In this document: positions 38,362-52,369 of the stretch, one piece after another
Position numbering within the stretch: position 1 is the first letter of the stretch
Layout: each line of letters begins with the position of its first letter
Notes under the pieces: model-generated
What the model saw: only the letters and a program-made list of their open reading frames with translations
Databases searched by the model: none
What the model was told of the DNA's origin: nothing
Made by a program: the position numbers and the translations under genes
Assembly (NCBI RefSeq): GCF_006345805.1
Contig: NW_021833350.1
Span: forward strand, 1-52,859
Direction: 5' to 3'
DNA: 52,859 bases
Source: Octopus sinensis
Taxonomy: Eukaryota

Positions 38362-38834
38362 GTATGGGGGCGTGTATGGAAAACATAAGATAGAGAATAC
38401 TAAAATAATTTTCAATCTTTGAGACTCTAGGCGTTGGAGTGGCTGAGTTGTAAGTAGCTTACTTACCAACCACCTGGTTCCGAGATCAGATGTGCGCGAT
38501 CCAAATTATGAGATCAGGAAATTAATGTTTTCTTTGTACGTTATGAAACTTACAAGGGCGTGGCCGCTTTGTTGGGGACAGAGATGGAGGTAACACAGAG
38601 TAGGGTCTCTGTTCAATAGCCTGAAATGGTAGGGTTTTGTGTATATGTTTTAACAAGGGTGGATTTCTCCGCTGTGGAATCTGGATACCATTTATTAAGA
38701 GAAGTGGTCCCGGGGCGCGCAACTCGTTTACTCGCGCATCCGCGCTAGCTAGTCGTGACAAGTCGATCCTACAACGACTACTAGCAAAGTAAATGAAACA
38801 CAAAACAACAAAGTAGGATCGACAAGTCCCGACT

Positions 38835-39000
38835 AACTAGTCATCTATCCTTAGTGTCCTCATTGACCACCAGATAAGGGATCGGGGGACCCTGTCGAAA
38901 GCTTTCTCCATGTCAACAAAAGCCAGGTACAGGGGCTTATCTTTGTAGGTGTTTCTCCTGCTGATGCCTTACCAGGAATATAGCTTCAGTGGTACTTTCC
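38835..39000 (-). mobile_element. RTE-clade RT fragment
   Basis: Minus strand gives AIFLVR..QEKHL / KDKPLYLAFVDMEKAFDRVPRSLIWWSMR with one frameshift. Confidence 0.8.
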
Positions 39001-39180
39001 CTGGCCGATATATATGTATTATATATTATATATATATAATACATACCCCATATATTAACACACACACACACACATATATATATTATATATGTATATATAT
39101 ATATATATGTATATATTATATATATATATATATATATCTATATATATATATTATATATATATTATATATATATATAATAT

Positions 39181-39225
<45 letters not shown>

Positions 39226-39655
39226 ACTAGGTTAGTTGAAATATGTTTCTGATATATTCCACTGTTGAACAGAAGGTGAAAAGTTATAAAAACGACCTAT
39301 GTGTCCAGTGCCGCCATCTCAAAACGAAAGTGCTAGAAACATCAACATCTGTGATCCTGGCACTGGACAGAAATGGCGTTTTTTATATACTTTTAGGTGA
39401 AGGTGAATTCTCACCACGGTGTAACTGCTGTAATTTGCCTTTTAACAATTGAAATATATATTAACTAGAATAAAATTTGCATAATACTGGAAATTCTTTA
39501 ATGAACGGACAATATTAATATTAATTAATAATTCATGTAATGACACGATGATGTTGATGATGGTGATGACAACTATAATGGTAGTGACGGGGGTGGGGTG
39601 GATGTATTCAGTTTTATACTGAAAAATATAAAAATACTTGAAAACAATTGTTTAG

Positions 39656-39809
39656 AAAAACAAAACACTTCAGATGGCCAGAATTTGTCGATGGAATAGT
39701 TATCAGCATCCACCAGTTGGTCAAATTTGGAGTGTCAGCACTTAAGAAGGAAAAACAAAATGCGAACCTTAACATTCCCCGATCTGCTATTAAACGGATG
39801 CCATATGCT
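39656..39809 (+). other. Candidate coding exon (unassigned)
   Basis: Open frame KTKHFRWPEFVDGIVISIHQLVKFGVSALKKEKQNANLNIPRSAIKRMPYA ending at a strong GCT|GTGAGT donor; acceptor TTTAG (39655) or TTCAG (39673). Confidence 0.3.
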
Positions 39810-40017
39810 GTGAGTATTAGAAACACACAGACAAACACATGAAACAGACACACACACACACACAAACACAGACGTGATTTGTTTGCCTGTAAACTCAAGT
39901 GGTTGTTTAGCATAGGATGGGTGGATAAATTTTGTATCACAGAAATACAATGTTAATTATTTAACAAGAAACGAACCAATATTTTTGCACACACTAACGC
40001 ATCTCTCTCTCTCTCTG

Positions 40018-40103
<86 letters not shown>

Positions 40104-40160
40104 CCTATCTATCTATCTATCTATCTATCTATCCTATCTATCTATCTTTCTATCTATCTA
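40018..40160. repeat. (TATC)n microsatellite
   Basis: Direct reading. Confidence 0.95.
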
Positions 40161-40629
40161 GATATCAATCTCTCTCTATTCATATATATATATATATATG
40201 TATGTATATATATATGTATATAATATATATATATATATATATCCTTTTACTGACTATATATATATATATATATTATATGTAATATATATATATATATATA
40301 TATAAATATATGTACATACATATATATATATATATATATATGTATGTATATGTATATATATATATATATTTACATGTATATATATATATTTACATGTATA
40401 TATATATGCATTTTGAAATATCGATATATAGAATGATATAGACACATGAATAAAACTATATATGCATTATGCATATACGGGATTGTCAAGCTGCTATTTC
40501 TGTTTGGTTAGTAATTAAAGAGATAATTACAATGTTCGTGCTGGAACCGAATTCAGTGGGACTGAACCCGGAACCATGTGGTTGGTAAACAAGCTACTTA
40601 TCAAACAGCCACTCCTATGCCTATGTGTG

Positions 40630-40670
<41 letters not shown>

Positions 40671-40830
40671 GAGAGAGAGAGAGAGAGATACATATATGTG
40701 TGAGTGTGTGTGTATGTTCGTGTGTGTGTGTGTCTGTGTGTGTTTTTTGAACGCCGTACACTTCTGCATGTACTCACACACACACACATTCGTTAGACGC
40801 CAATATATACTTTAATATATACATATATTA

Positions 40831-40936
<106 letters not shown>

Positions 40937-40979
40937 TGTATATAAATTTACATATATGTATATATATATATATATATAT

Positions 40980-42410
40980 ACACAAACGTACTCACACAAT
41001 CTAAACTGTTGTTTGTATATGGAATAATAATAAATTGGTATGCGGATGCTCACGTGAACTTAGGGAATTAGTACCGTCTTTACCCTCTAGTACCTGCATC
41101 TGCCGTGTGAGTCCTGCGACAAGTTACACAGGGTGAACTGGACGCCCCTAAATATTTGAGGGTATGTTGTACTTGAGATAACCCATGTACATGAAAGTTA
41201 AAATATGCTAAACACACATAGAGAGTAAACCACGTAGAATATCACTTTCATTCTTCTGCAAGTAGCAGAATAATTCAGTCCTAGATGTTATTTAATAAAT
41301 TGATGGTTTATCTTGATAGTAAGGTCGGACTTATATTTCGGAGAGAGCTATGGAAATTAACATCCACTTTATGTGATGTATTACAATAATTATTGAAGAT
41401 GTAGGTGTCAGGACTAATGAATGTCCATTACTTGAACATTTACGCTATCAGCCCTGTCGTAGGCATTTGAGACAATGATATTCCATTGTCTCACTCTCTA
41501 CCGTCTTAACCAAGGATAGAACACAACGCACATTGCAAAATAAGTAAATCGACAGGGTGATCATGACCGAAACGCCTCTGATCATAGTCTTGTCATCAGT
41601 GAACAACAAGCATCCTTTACAACCAACTGAAATATATTCTGTGAAACGAGGAAAATTCGTCGGGTTTGCATTTTAGTAACTAGAGAGATGAGGTTGTGCA
41701 TTTGTGCAGATATCGCCATCCCAATAATCGATAAAAACAATGGCGTTTGTTTTAGAAATGTGTCAAGTAGATAAGAATATTCTCTGGGTGTTGTCAGGAC
41801 ATATGAAAAATAAAGTTTTGGTAATATAATAAAAGTCGTGATTAGGGATACTATTCACGATAACAAGTTCGTGATTTCAAATACAGGACCGAGATGTGTA
41901 TTGCGCAGAAGATACTTCATCTCATGTTACACAGCGACTATTTCAACACTTGACGTGTAGGGATGGTGACTAGCTGGAAAATGGATTCATTTTCCGGATA
42001 TTAAAGAATTTCAGCCAATCACATACATCAAGGGAAAATACTGCCACTCTCGTTTAAAAAAAATAGAGAATTATTACAACAGCGTATTTCATTCAGTATG
42101 CTTATCGGATAGCAGCCGGAACGGGAGACTAAAAATTTATATGAGGCAATAGAATATTCAGATAAGTGGATAAAACTTTTAATTTCTGTTAAAAATTCAA
42201 ACTGAAGTACTATTTGGAGCCGGTGTTATAAAGGTAAACCAATTTTTGTTACTTTTCTTTTAAGATTTAACATTTGTATCTACACACACATATATATATG
42301 ATTTATTTTTCCCTCTCTCACTATCATTCTAGAAATATGAGACTTAATACAATAACGTTGTTCCTGACGATCATTTGTCGGTGAGCATTTGGTTCCAAGC
42401 AACCATAAGA
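40980..42410 (+). repeat. Segmental duplication, copy 1
   Basis: Collinear with 48365-49780 (e.g. ACACAGGGTGAACTGGACGCCCCTAAA and GCATTTGGTTCCAAGCAACCATAA in both). Confidence 0.9.
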
Positions 42411-42412
42411 CC

Positions 42413-42675
42413 CCCCTTAACATAGCGGATCGGCAAAAGTGACCAATGAAATAACACATACAAACATTTGTGTGTGTATGTTTATTCTCCATTCACAGCT
42501 TGGCAGCATGGTTTTATTTACAACTCTCTTAACATAGCGGATCGGCAAAAGTGAGCAATAAAATAACACATCAACGTGTGTGTATGTTTACTCCACACAC
42601 TTGGCAGCATGGTTTTATTACAACTCTCTTAACATAGCGATCGCAAAAGTGAGCAATAAAATAACACATACAAAC
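42413..42675 (+). repeat. ~100-112-bp tandem repeat, about 2.5 units
   Basis: TTAACATAGCGGATCGGCAAAAGTG at 42417, 42529 and 42629. Confidence 0.85.
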
Positions 42676-42711
42676 ATATAGACACACACACACATATATA
42701 TTTATACATAT

Positions 42712-42875
42712 ATACGACGGGCTTCTTCCAGTTTCTGTCTACCAAATCCACTCACAGGGCTTTGGTCGACCCGAGGCTATAATAGAAGACACTTGCCTAA
42801 AGTGCCACGCTGTGGGACTGAACCCGGAACCATGTGATTGGTAAACAAGCTACTTACCACACAGACACTCCTAAG
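42712..42875 (-). mobile_element. Family A SINE head
   Basis: ACGACGGGCTTCTTCCAG...CTTACCACACAGACACTCC. Confidence 0.8.
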
Positions 42876-43403
42876 CCTATGCATATATATATATATATAT
42901 TTATATATATACAGAAACGTACATAATTGCACACATTCACATACTCAAACACACACAGGTACATTTACACACACACACATACACGCACATATATTTGTGC
43001 TTTTTTATGTATGTATATATATCCTGATGCATCTTTATATAACCATACGTGATTACATATGACACCGCGTAGCAATTCTTTGTCCTGAAATCCTAGATTG
43101 CCGCTCATATAATGTTTACTCTGGCTTAGGTAGAATGCCAGTGGTTGTTGTTTTGTGGGGGAAGTGGTCAGTCTACTAATTGGATTTTAGCACCTCTGAG
43201 AAATGAAAGGCAAAGGGGAGTTCGACAGGAAAGGAACTCAGAACGCGAATAGACAACGGAAACGCTGCAAAGCAATTTGTAAATTTGTGTACAGGCATTG
43301 TGTACAGGCATTGCCGACTATTTTGCTTGGATATTCTTGTTTAATATTATATTTTTTATTTAAGCTTTATACTTTTTAACTGTACAACTTATTTTTTTAT
43401 TAG

Positions 43404-43460
43404 AAAGTCCTGCGGGGACGGGAAGGTGGCGAAGCATTCAGATCTGAGGAGTTTACAAGC
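43404..43460 (+). other. Candidate exon start (end uncertain)
   Basis: Branch-point-like TTAAC, T-rich tract and TAG acceptor at 43401-43403, followed by GC-richer sequence open in two frames. Confidence 0.2.
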
Positions 43461-44149
43461 ATGTATTTAGTAGTATACACACAAGTGTCCTATGAGTTTT
43501 TGGTTGCATGTGTACTTAAGCAATTGAATTCAAGGAAAACCCTGCTCACCTAGAGACTGGAGACAATGCTATATAACTAAATGGATCGGAAGATGACGAC
43601 CGGATGTCCTCTGATCATAGCTTTACTCAATCAGGAAACATTGGCTTGTGACGCAGATATGTTTATAATGTTTTCCATCAAACACCTGGAAATAGCTGCG
43701 AAATCTCTTTCCAATCACACACTCTTATTTTAGACAATGGAGGACATGGTTGCTAATGTTGGAATAAAAAAAATTTAGTTGGTTATAGTTGGAATGCCTT
43801 TGTGCAATATTACGATCAGTCAGGGCAAACAACAACGTCGACAACAACACCCTAAGTAAAACACACAAAAATCAAACAAAGATATGTACCTAAAATTGGC
43901 CTCGTTCTCAGAATTTGTATCACCACATCAAATTCCGCAATTTTCTGCGTCAGACTTTCTATCATTATATGATACAACGCCATATCTTTAGCTGACAAGA
44001 GACATCTCTTAGGAGTAACGCTCAGATCTTTTTGGGGTTCCATGAAAATTCAGTGGGTGTTGCTTCAGGAAAACGCCTAGTAGATAAGAAGGATTTCTGG
44101 GATGCTGTCACGCCTACAGATGTCATGTACCATGTTTAATAATATAATT

Positions 44150-44620
44150 GGTGTCCAAGGCGTATGACCACGCTGTTAATGGTGCTGCATTCGCGATAAC
44201 GAGATGGCTGTTTCAATTCCCGGAGCGGGAGTTGTATTGCTTTCTTAAGCAAGACACCTCATCTCATATTACTTTGCGTCGTGTAGGAATGGTGTATTGC
44301 TGGAAAATTGATTTATTTTCCGGATATTAAAATACATCGAATCGCATACATCGACAGAAACTACTGACACCGCTGTTAAAAAATAAAAAACACACATAAC
44401 GGGTTATAACAAATGTGTACTTCAATCCGTATTCTTATCCGATACAAGCCGCAAAATGAGACAATAAACTTTCATGAGGTAATAGAATATTCAGATAAGT
44501 GGAGAAACCCTATTTAATTTCTGTAAAAAATTAAAATTAAAGTCTTATTTGGAACCGACATTATCGAGGAAAGTCAATCTTTGCTATTTTCCTGTTAAGA
44601 TTTAAAATTAATTTTTATAC
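44150..44620 (+). repeat. Older partial third copy of the duplicated segment
   Basis: TTTTCCGGATATTAAA, AATAGAATATTCAGATAAGTGG and TATTTGGA match 41850-42280 and 49250-49640 at lower identity. Confidence 0.75.
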
Positions 44621-44983
44621 ACATACATATCTACACTGGCGAAATTAAATTTAAGACCGATGATAATAGTCCTATATCTAAAAAATATTTTGTTACTAAC
44701 ACCATACCTATATTTTACACATTATGCAGAATTTATTTCTCTTTCGAATGATGCAGACAATAACTACTTTTATACAACTTGAAGAATGCATGAAAGTACT
44801 CGTTCAATCAGAGTGGATATTTAATATTCTATCGCTTCATTATGTTATCTTATCTTATCATATATTATTATAAGATTGTAAATAAATCATGAAAATCAAA
44901 GTTGGAATTTCTTTCAGTAATGTATTCTTCTATACACAATCATACACACCTTTGTATTAGTGAATATATATATATATACTCAC

Positions 44984-45035
<52 letters not shown>

Positions 45036-45313
45036 TGTATGTATGTATATATATACATATATATATATCTATGTATGTATGTATGTATGTAAATATATAC
45101 ATATATATATATATACGTATATTTATGTATGTATATGTTTCTATATATATATATGTATGTATATATATGTATATATATATATATAAGGATATTATTACTT
45201 CCAATAATATCAAGTGGCAAGCATGCGTTAAAAAATCCCATAAGGTAAAGCAACATTAATTAATAATTAAAGGTCCTACAAGAAGCACCAGCACACTAAA
45301 AACAGCAGCACGA

Positions 45314-45350
<37 letters not shown>

Positions 45351-45505
45351 AGTAGAGAAAAAGACAGAGAAATAGAAAGTGTGGAACAGAGAGAGAGAGA
45401 GATAGAAAGAGAAAAAGACAGAAAGAGAGAAAGAGAGAGAGATAATTCGAAAAATAATTAGACAGATAAACAAACAGAAACTTCTATAAATAGATTGATA
45501 GATAG

Positions 45506-45544
<39 letters not shown>

Positions 45545-45787
45545 ACACACACTCACACACACACACACACATACATATATAAATGGTAAAAAAAGCAATA
45601 AAAGATTCGGACTGATAGACGATAGAAAGGCGCACAGGAGAAACACCGATTAGAAGGACAGGCAAAAAAAGAAGGCTCATTCGTGGCTTTCTTTCCCATA
45701 AGTCCCACAAGTCACGACCAACTCGGGCAGTTACACTTCAGACGGTTCGATCTGGTTGCCCCCACAAAAGTCTCTCTCGGTTCGATC

Positions 45788-46110
45788 AGCCATGTTGGAG
45801 CTCCGCCTTTAGTCGAACAAATCGACCCTAGGACTTAATTTTTGTAAGCCTAGTACTTATTCTATCAGTTTCTTTTCCAGAACCGCTAGGTTAAAGGGAC
45901 GTAAGCACACCAACATCGGTTGTCAGGGGATGGTGGAGGGACAAATATAGACACATACATACGACGGGCTTATTTGTGTTTCCTTCTATGAAATCCACTC
46001 ACAAGGATTTGGTCGGCCCTAGGCTATAGTAGAAGACATTTAACCAAGGTGTCATGCAGTGGGACTGAATCCGGAACCATGTGCTTCTTACTCTACGCCC
46101 ACTCCTATGC
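45788..46110 (-). mobile_element. Diverged family A SINE
   Basis: Tail, core and head recognisable on the minus strand. Confidence 0.75.
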
Positions 46111-46687
46111 CAATATATGTCTGTCTGTATGTATCAGTCTGTATGTGTCCTTGTGTCCGTGTTTGTCCCACCGCTTGCCGACTTGTGTTAGTGTGTTTAC
46201 GTTTCGGTAACTTAGCGGTTCACCAAATACGCCAATAAAATAAGTACCACGCTTAAATAATTAAGTACAGAGGTCAATTAGTTCGACTCAAAAATTCTCA
46301 AACCAGAGGCATCTCTATATATACACATAATCCTTTCCGTGCCATGTTCGTTAAAGCAATTGTTCGTCACACAAGTAATTGAAGTACATATAAATAGAAG
46401 AAATCCGTTTCATGCCACTCCCCAAAGCCACATAAAAGTATATATTATACCTTAGCGTTGATACAAAAGAAAATCATGTAAAAGGTCGTATGTAGTGTGA
46501 CTGCTCAGTTTGGTTTACTACTAAAACACCGGCTTGAACAGAAAAATGTGGTGCAGAAATTGTGTATCAAAGGTGATATGAAGTGGTTGATCATTGAGCG
46601 GAGGGACATAAATTATAACAGATAATGATCAAGAAAAACATTTAGCGTTAATCAAGAACATTCATTTTATAATTTATAATATAAGTA

Positions 46688-47068
46688 TAGGTGCAGGAGT
46701 GGCTGTTTGGTAAGTAGCGTGCTTACCAATCACATGGTTCGGGGTTCAGTCCCACTGCGTTGCATCTTGGGAAAATGCGTTCCACTATGACCTCGGACCG
46801 ACCAAAGTCTTGAGAGTGGATTTGGGAGACGGAAACTGAAAGACATCCGTCGTAAGTGTGTGTGATTGTGTGTGTGTGTGTGTATGTTTGTCCCCCCACC
46901 CTCTCTTGACAAGCGATGTTGTTGAGTTTACGTGTCTGTAGCCGAGACGTTCGGCAAAGGAGACCGATAGAATAAATACTAGGCTTACACAATAAATCCC
47001 GGTGTCCATTTGTTAGATTAAAAGGCTGTGCTCCAGCATGGCCGCTGTGAAATGGCTGAAACAAAAAA
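46688..47068 (+). mobile_element. Diverged full-length family A SINE
   Basis: GGTGCAGGAGTGGCTG...GGCTGAAAC. Confidence 0.8.
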
Positions 47069-47619
47069 AAGAACTGTGCAGAGTGGTTACAAATATGCAC
47101 AAAGTCTCTTAGAGCTGTTTCTAGAATAGCTAAGCATGTTATTGAGTAAAGAATTCCATCTGAGCAAATCATTCCGTTATTGGAGAAAGAAGAAGAAAAT
47201 GCAGAAATGCATAATATCCTTAATCGAGGATATTATTCGTTCCCAGTCTTTTGGGAAACCATGGAGTTCTCAGATAAATGTGTCTGGTATTTTCGTGATG
47301 GAAGAGTTAGTAAAGTGTCCAGGAAAGTCCCTGGCAAAGGATAATGGAAGTTAACAGTTGCATCTTTGAATAGAAAGTGAATCAGATTTGGAAGGCCTTG
47401 GAAGAGTCTATTATTTGGCGAATGAGAAACATATGAGAGTATATAGAGATTAGTTTTTATAGTGAGGATGTGTTTGACTTAGGGGTTAAGGGGACGAATG
47501 TATACACACACATGCATAGAGAGAGAGACCTACATATACATACACGCACTAACATATGCACACATACATGGCATATTCCTATATATATTCACACATAAGT
47601 GTGTATATCTATAAGTACA

Positions 47620-48335
47620 AGAATTGTAAGATTCTTCAGCAAAGATATAGGAGTTTGGCATAGATATGTGCGCCACATAAGTCATAAAAAGGGGACAGAT
47701 AGTCAGCAGTGAAGGCCAGATAGCAAGAGAGTAAAATCACTGAAGGCAGAGAATCATAAGTGCTTCGGAGTATTAGAATCTGAGAGTGTACTAACAATGG
47801 AAATAGATAAGGAGTACGTCGGAAGGGTGAATAAGCTAATGAAGGGAAGGCTAAGTGTTCTAAATCTAGCAAAAGTTGTAAAAACGTTGGGAAGTGTCGT
47901 TATTTCGGTATTCAGCAGATTTTGTTGATTGGAAAAGATCTCAAATTGCAAATCTTGACAAAATGACTAGGGAGGAATTCAATATGAATGGAGGACTTCA
48001 GCCTAGATTAGGAACAGCAAGATTGCAGATACTTAGAATAACGAAGGTAGAAGAGGTTTAATATCAGCAGAAGGTACCATACAGTTAGCTAGAGTTGATG
48101 TATATAATAGTGAAGAAAATTTATGATTTGCTAGAGTTACAGTAGGAGACAGGAAAGGAAAAAAGCCAAATGAAATTAAAACCAGGAAAAAGAAGGGAGA
48201 TTATATAACTGACAAGAGAAAGTTTTTCCCTGGTAGATTGGCAAAGATAGTTGCAGGAAATAGTAATTTTGAGACATGGTTATGGTTGCTGAAAGGAAGC
48301 TGAAAGGGGAGACAAAGTTTGTAAGCAAAATCTTA
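47620..48335 (+). mobile_element. Degenerate R4/Dong-like LINE RT C-terminal fragment
   Basis: Across frameshifts: VRFFSKDIG/EFGID.CA..VIKRG, KEYVGRVNKLMKGRL, W.VSLFRYSA, LDKMTR, EGRRGLISAE, ETWLWL.KG.LKGET. These resemble R4-type RT C-terminal motifs as recalled. Confidence 0.7.
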
Positions 48336-48364
48336 ATTGTGTATATATATATATATATATATAT

Positions 48365-49780
48365 ATACAAACGTTCTCACACAATATAAACTGTTGTTTG
48401 TATATGGAATAATAATAAATTGATATGCGGATTCTCACGTGAACAGCTTAGGGATTCAGTACCGTCTTTACCCTCTAATACCTGCATCTGCTGTGTGAGA
48501 CCTCCGGCAAGTTACACAGGGTGAACTGGACGCCCCTAAACCATACAGAGAATGCTGCACTTGAGATAACCCATGAACATGAAAGTTACACACATGGAGA
48601 TTAAACCACGTAGAATATATCGCTTTCATTCTTCTGCTAGTAGCAGAATAATTCAGGCCTAGATGTCATTTAATAAATTGAAGGTTCATCTTGATAGTAA
48701 GATCGGACTAATATTTCGGAGAGATCTATGAAAATTAAAATCCACATTATGTGATGCATTACAATAATTATTGCAAATATAGGTTTCAGGACTAATGAAT
48801 GTCCATTACTTGAACATTTGCGCTATCAGCCCTATCGTAAGCATTTGAGACAATGATATTCCTTTGTCTACCACCCTACCGTCTTAACCACGGAAAGAAT
48901 AGAACACACATTACGATGTAAATAAATCAACGGGATGATCATGACCGAAACGCCTGTGGTCATAGTCTTTCCGCCAGTGAACAACTAGAATACTTTACAA
49001 CCAACTGAAATATATTCTGGGAAACGAGGAAAATTGGTTGGGTTTGCATTTTAGTAACTAGAGATGAGGTCGTGTCTTTGAGCAGATATCGCAATCCCAA
49101 TAATCGATAAAAACAATGGCGTTTGTTTTAGAAAAGCGTCAAGTAGATAAGAATATTCTGTGGGTGTTGCCAGGACATATGAAAAATAGCATTTTGGTAA
49201 TATAATTGAAGTCGAGGACACATGAAATCGTGATTAAGGTCATGATTTCAGATCCTGGGACGAGTGGTGTATTGTGCGCAGGACACTTCATCTTACGTTA
49301 CACAGCGACCATTTCAACACTTGACGTGTAGGGATGGTGACTAGCTGGAATATGGATTTATTTTCCGGATATTAAAGTATTTCAGCCAATCACATACATC
49401 AAGGGAAAATACTGCCACTCTCGTTTAAAAAATATAGAGAATTATTACAACAGGATATTTCATTCAGTATGCATTTCGGATAGAAGCTGGAAGGTGAGAC
49501 AAAAAATTTATATGAGGCAATAGAATATTCAGATAAGTGGATAAGACTTTTAATTTCTGTAAAAAAATTTGAAACTGAAGTAATATTTGGAGTCGGCTTT
49601 ATGAAGGTAAATAAATTTTTGTTACTTTTCTTTTATGATTTAGCATTTGTATCTACACAAACATACATATGATTTATTTTTCCCTCTCTCTCTATCATTC
49701 TATAACTATGCAACTTAATAGAATAATGTTGTTCCTGACAATCATTTGTCGGTGAGCATTTGGTTCCAAGCAACCATAAC
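48365..49780 (+). repeat. Segmental duplication, copy 2
   Basis: See copy 1; homology resumes at 52735-52859 versus 42910-43040. Confidence 0.9.
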
Positions 49781-49864
49781 ATTGTTACATGCACGTCAGA
49801 ATTACTATTTAAATATTTGTTTGTCTTGTTCATCCTGTATAAAGACTTATACATAAACACACAT

Positions 49865-50025
49865 GCATAGACGTGGCTATGTGGTAAGATAGATGGTTCG
49901 CAAGCAGATAGATCCAGGTTCAGTTTCACTGCATGGCAATTTGGGAAAGTGTCTTCTATTATAGCCTCGGGCTGACCAAAACCGTACGAGTGGATTTGGT
50001 AGACGAAAAAACCGAAAGAAGTTCG

Positions 50026-50117
<92 letters not shown>

Positions 50118-50370
50118 ATGCATAAGTGTGTGTGAGTTTGTTTGTTTGTGTATGTGTGTTTCTGTCTTTGCGACTATGTTTGTTACCCTTTCATATCTTG
50201 ACAGCAGGTTTTCACGCCCCCTCCTTAACATTGCGGTTCGGCAAAAGAGGCCAATAAAATAAGTACTTGGCTTACAAAGAATAAGCCCTGATGTCAATTT
50301 ATTAGGCTTAAAGGCTTTTGATATGGTGCTCCATCATGGGCGTAGCAAATGACTTCAACAAGTAACAGAA
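49865..50370 (+). mobile_element. Diverged family A SINE with long internal (TA)n
   Basis: GTGGCTATGTGGTAAG head, GTGGATTTGGTAGACG core, eroded tail. Confidence 0.7.
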
Positions 50371-50479
50371 TTAAAGAAAAAGAATACACATTTATATATG
50401 CGTGTGTATATGTCTAAACGCGTATGAATATATATATATGTATTTATATACCTATATATATTTATATATAAGTGTGTGT

Positions 50480-51825
50480 TTGAATGTTTCGCCTCGTACC
50501 CTTGTGCATGTATTCACATACATGTAGATACACGCTCACATATACATTCATATATAATATATATATATATTATATATATATATACACACACACAGACATA
50601 CACCCATACACTCACACTCACACGCATACACACACACACAAACACACACGGACACACACCCATACATAAATCTACACACACACGCCTACACACATACATA
50701 CACACATACATAAACACACACACATACACATATACACACATACGCACACACACATATACTTATACACATGCACACACACACACATACATACATACACCCA
50801 TATACATACACACACACATACCCACATACTCCTATACGCACATACATACACACAGACATACACACATACACACTCACACAAACATACACACACACATACT
50901 TACACACACACTCACCTGCACGCGCACACACATGCATGACAAACACCCATACACTCACACTCACATACGCACACACCAAGATAAACACGCACACGCACAC
51001 GCACACACACACCTACACTCCCACACACATACACACGCACCTACATACACACACGCACGCATACACACGCATACACACATACATTACACACGTACACACA
51101 CACCTACATACACATGCATACACACACACACACACAAACATGCACGGACACACCCAGACATACACACATACACCTATATACACACACCCACACACCTACA
51201 TACACACACATATACACACGCCCACACACCTACATACACACACATACATACACACACATACACGGACACACCCATACATACTTACATACATACACCTATA
51301 CACACACGCCCACACACCTACATACACACACATGCATACACACACACACATGTACGCACACACACACATATATACGCACATACATATATACCCACACACA
51401 TGCACACACACACACACATACGCACATGCATGCATGCATGCATGCACACGCGCACACCTACGCGCATACACACACACACACGCACGTACACATACATACA
51501 TACACACACGCATACATACACCCATACACATACATGCATCCTACACACACATACATACACACTCACACATACACACACACACACACTCACTCACACACCT
51601 GTATGTACGCGCACACACATGCACATACACACACTTCCCCACACCCACACGTACATACATACACACTCACACACATACACACACACACACACGGACATAC
51701 ATCTATGCACACACATACATACACACATACTCACATACATTCATCGGACACACTGCCACCCGGTCATACACACAGACACACTCACACATCCACACACATA
51801 CATACTTACGCACATACTCGCAGGC
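50480..51825. repeat. (CA)/(CATA) low-complexity field
   Basis: Direct reading. Confidence 0.9.
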
Positions 51826-52369
51826 TCGCGCACGCACGCGCTTGCGCCGGTTCGCGTACGCATACGCTCCGCAGGCACCTCGCTCTTGGAACCGACAAGA
51901 CCTCCCGCCCGTTCCTGGGTCCGTCGCGTGTCGTTGGGTTTTCCCACGCCCGCCTCCGCGGGACCACTCTTCCATCTTCCCCTCAGCTGGAGTCCTTTTT
52001 CCTTACCCCCCCTTTTTCGTTACACACACGCGCACACATATACACACATTGCTTAAATATATACATTACTCTTACACACATTCAATCTACTCGCCATTTA
52101 TACCACCAAGACACTGGACACACACACACACTACTACTCAACAAACACTGGCACGCTACATACGCCCCCACCCTTCCCCTCCCTCCCTTCCTCCTTCCTT
52201 CTTTTTCTTACTACTGACCTTTGTCTGCTAAGCTGACCACTATCTCGCCCTACCTCACACGCCTACACACAGACGCACACACTAACACACACATATATAT
52301 CTTTTTGTTTTTCATCTCGCCTCACACACACACATACACACACGCACACGCACACACTCACACATACAC

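Noticed and set aside
38522-38803. Minus-strand ORF with LLLINGIQIPQRRNP, reminiscent of a LINE RT C-terminus
   Set aside because: Only one short motif and no neighbouring RT motifs; cannot be assigned without a profile search.
39302-39378. Interleaved pairings TGTCCAGTGCC/GGCACTGGACA and CGCCAT/ATGGCG as an HDV-like ribozyme
   Set aside because: Spacing is wrong for P3/L3, and there is no P4 or J4/2.
41555-41605. GACCGAAACG motif (also ~48945) and a minus-strand CTGATGA as a possible hammerhead
   Set aside because: No correctly placed CUGANGA with a matching stem II; in the second copy GAAA lies in a simple ATGACC/GGTCAT hairpin loop.
43852-44043. Minus-strand ORF MEPQKDLSV... with a possible AG|GTACAT donor
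   Set aside because: In-frame stop just upstream, no clear acceptor and no recognisable domain.
46451-46520. Minus-strand exon-like segment with AG|GTATAA donor
   Set aside because: All three frames contain stops between the candidate splice sites.
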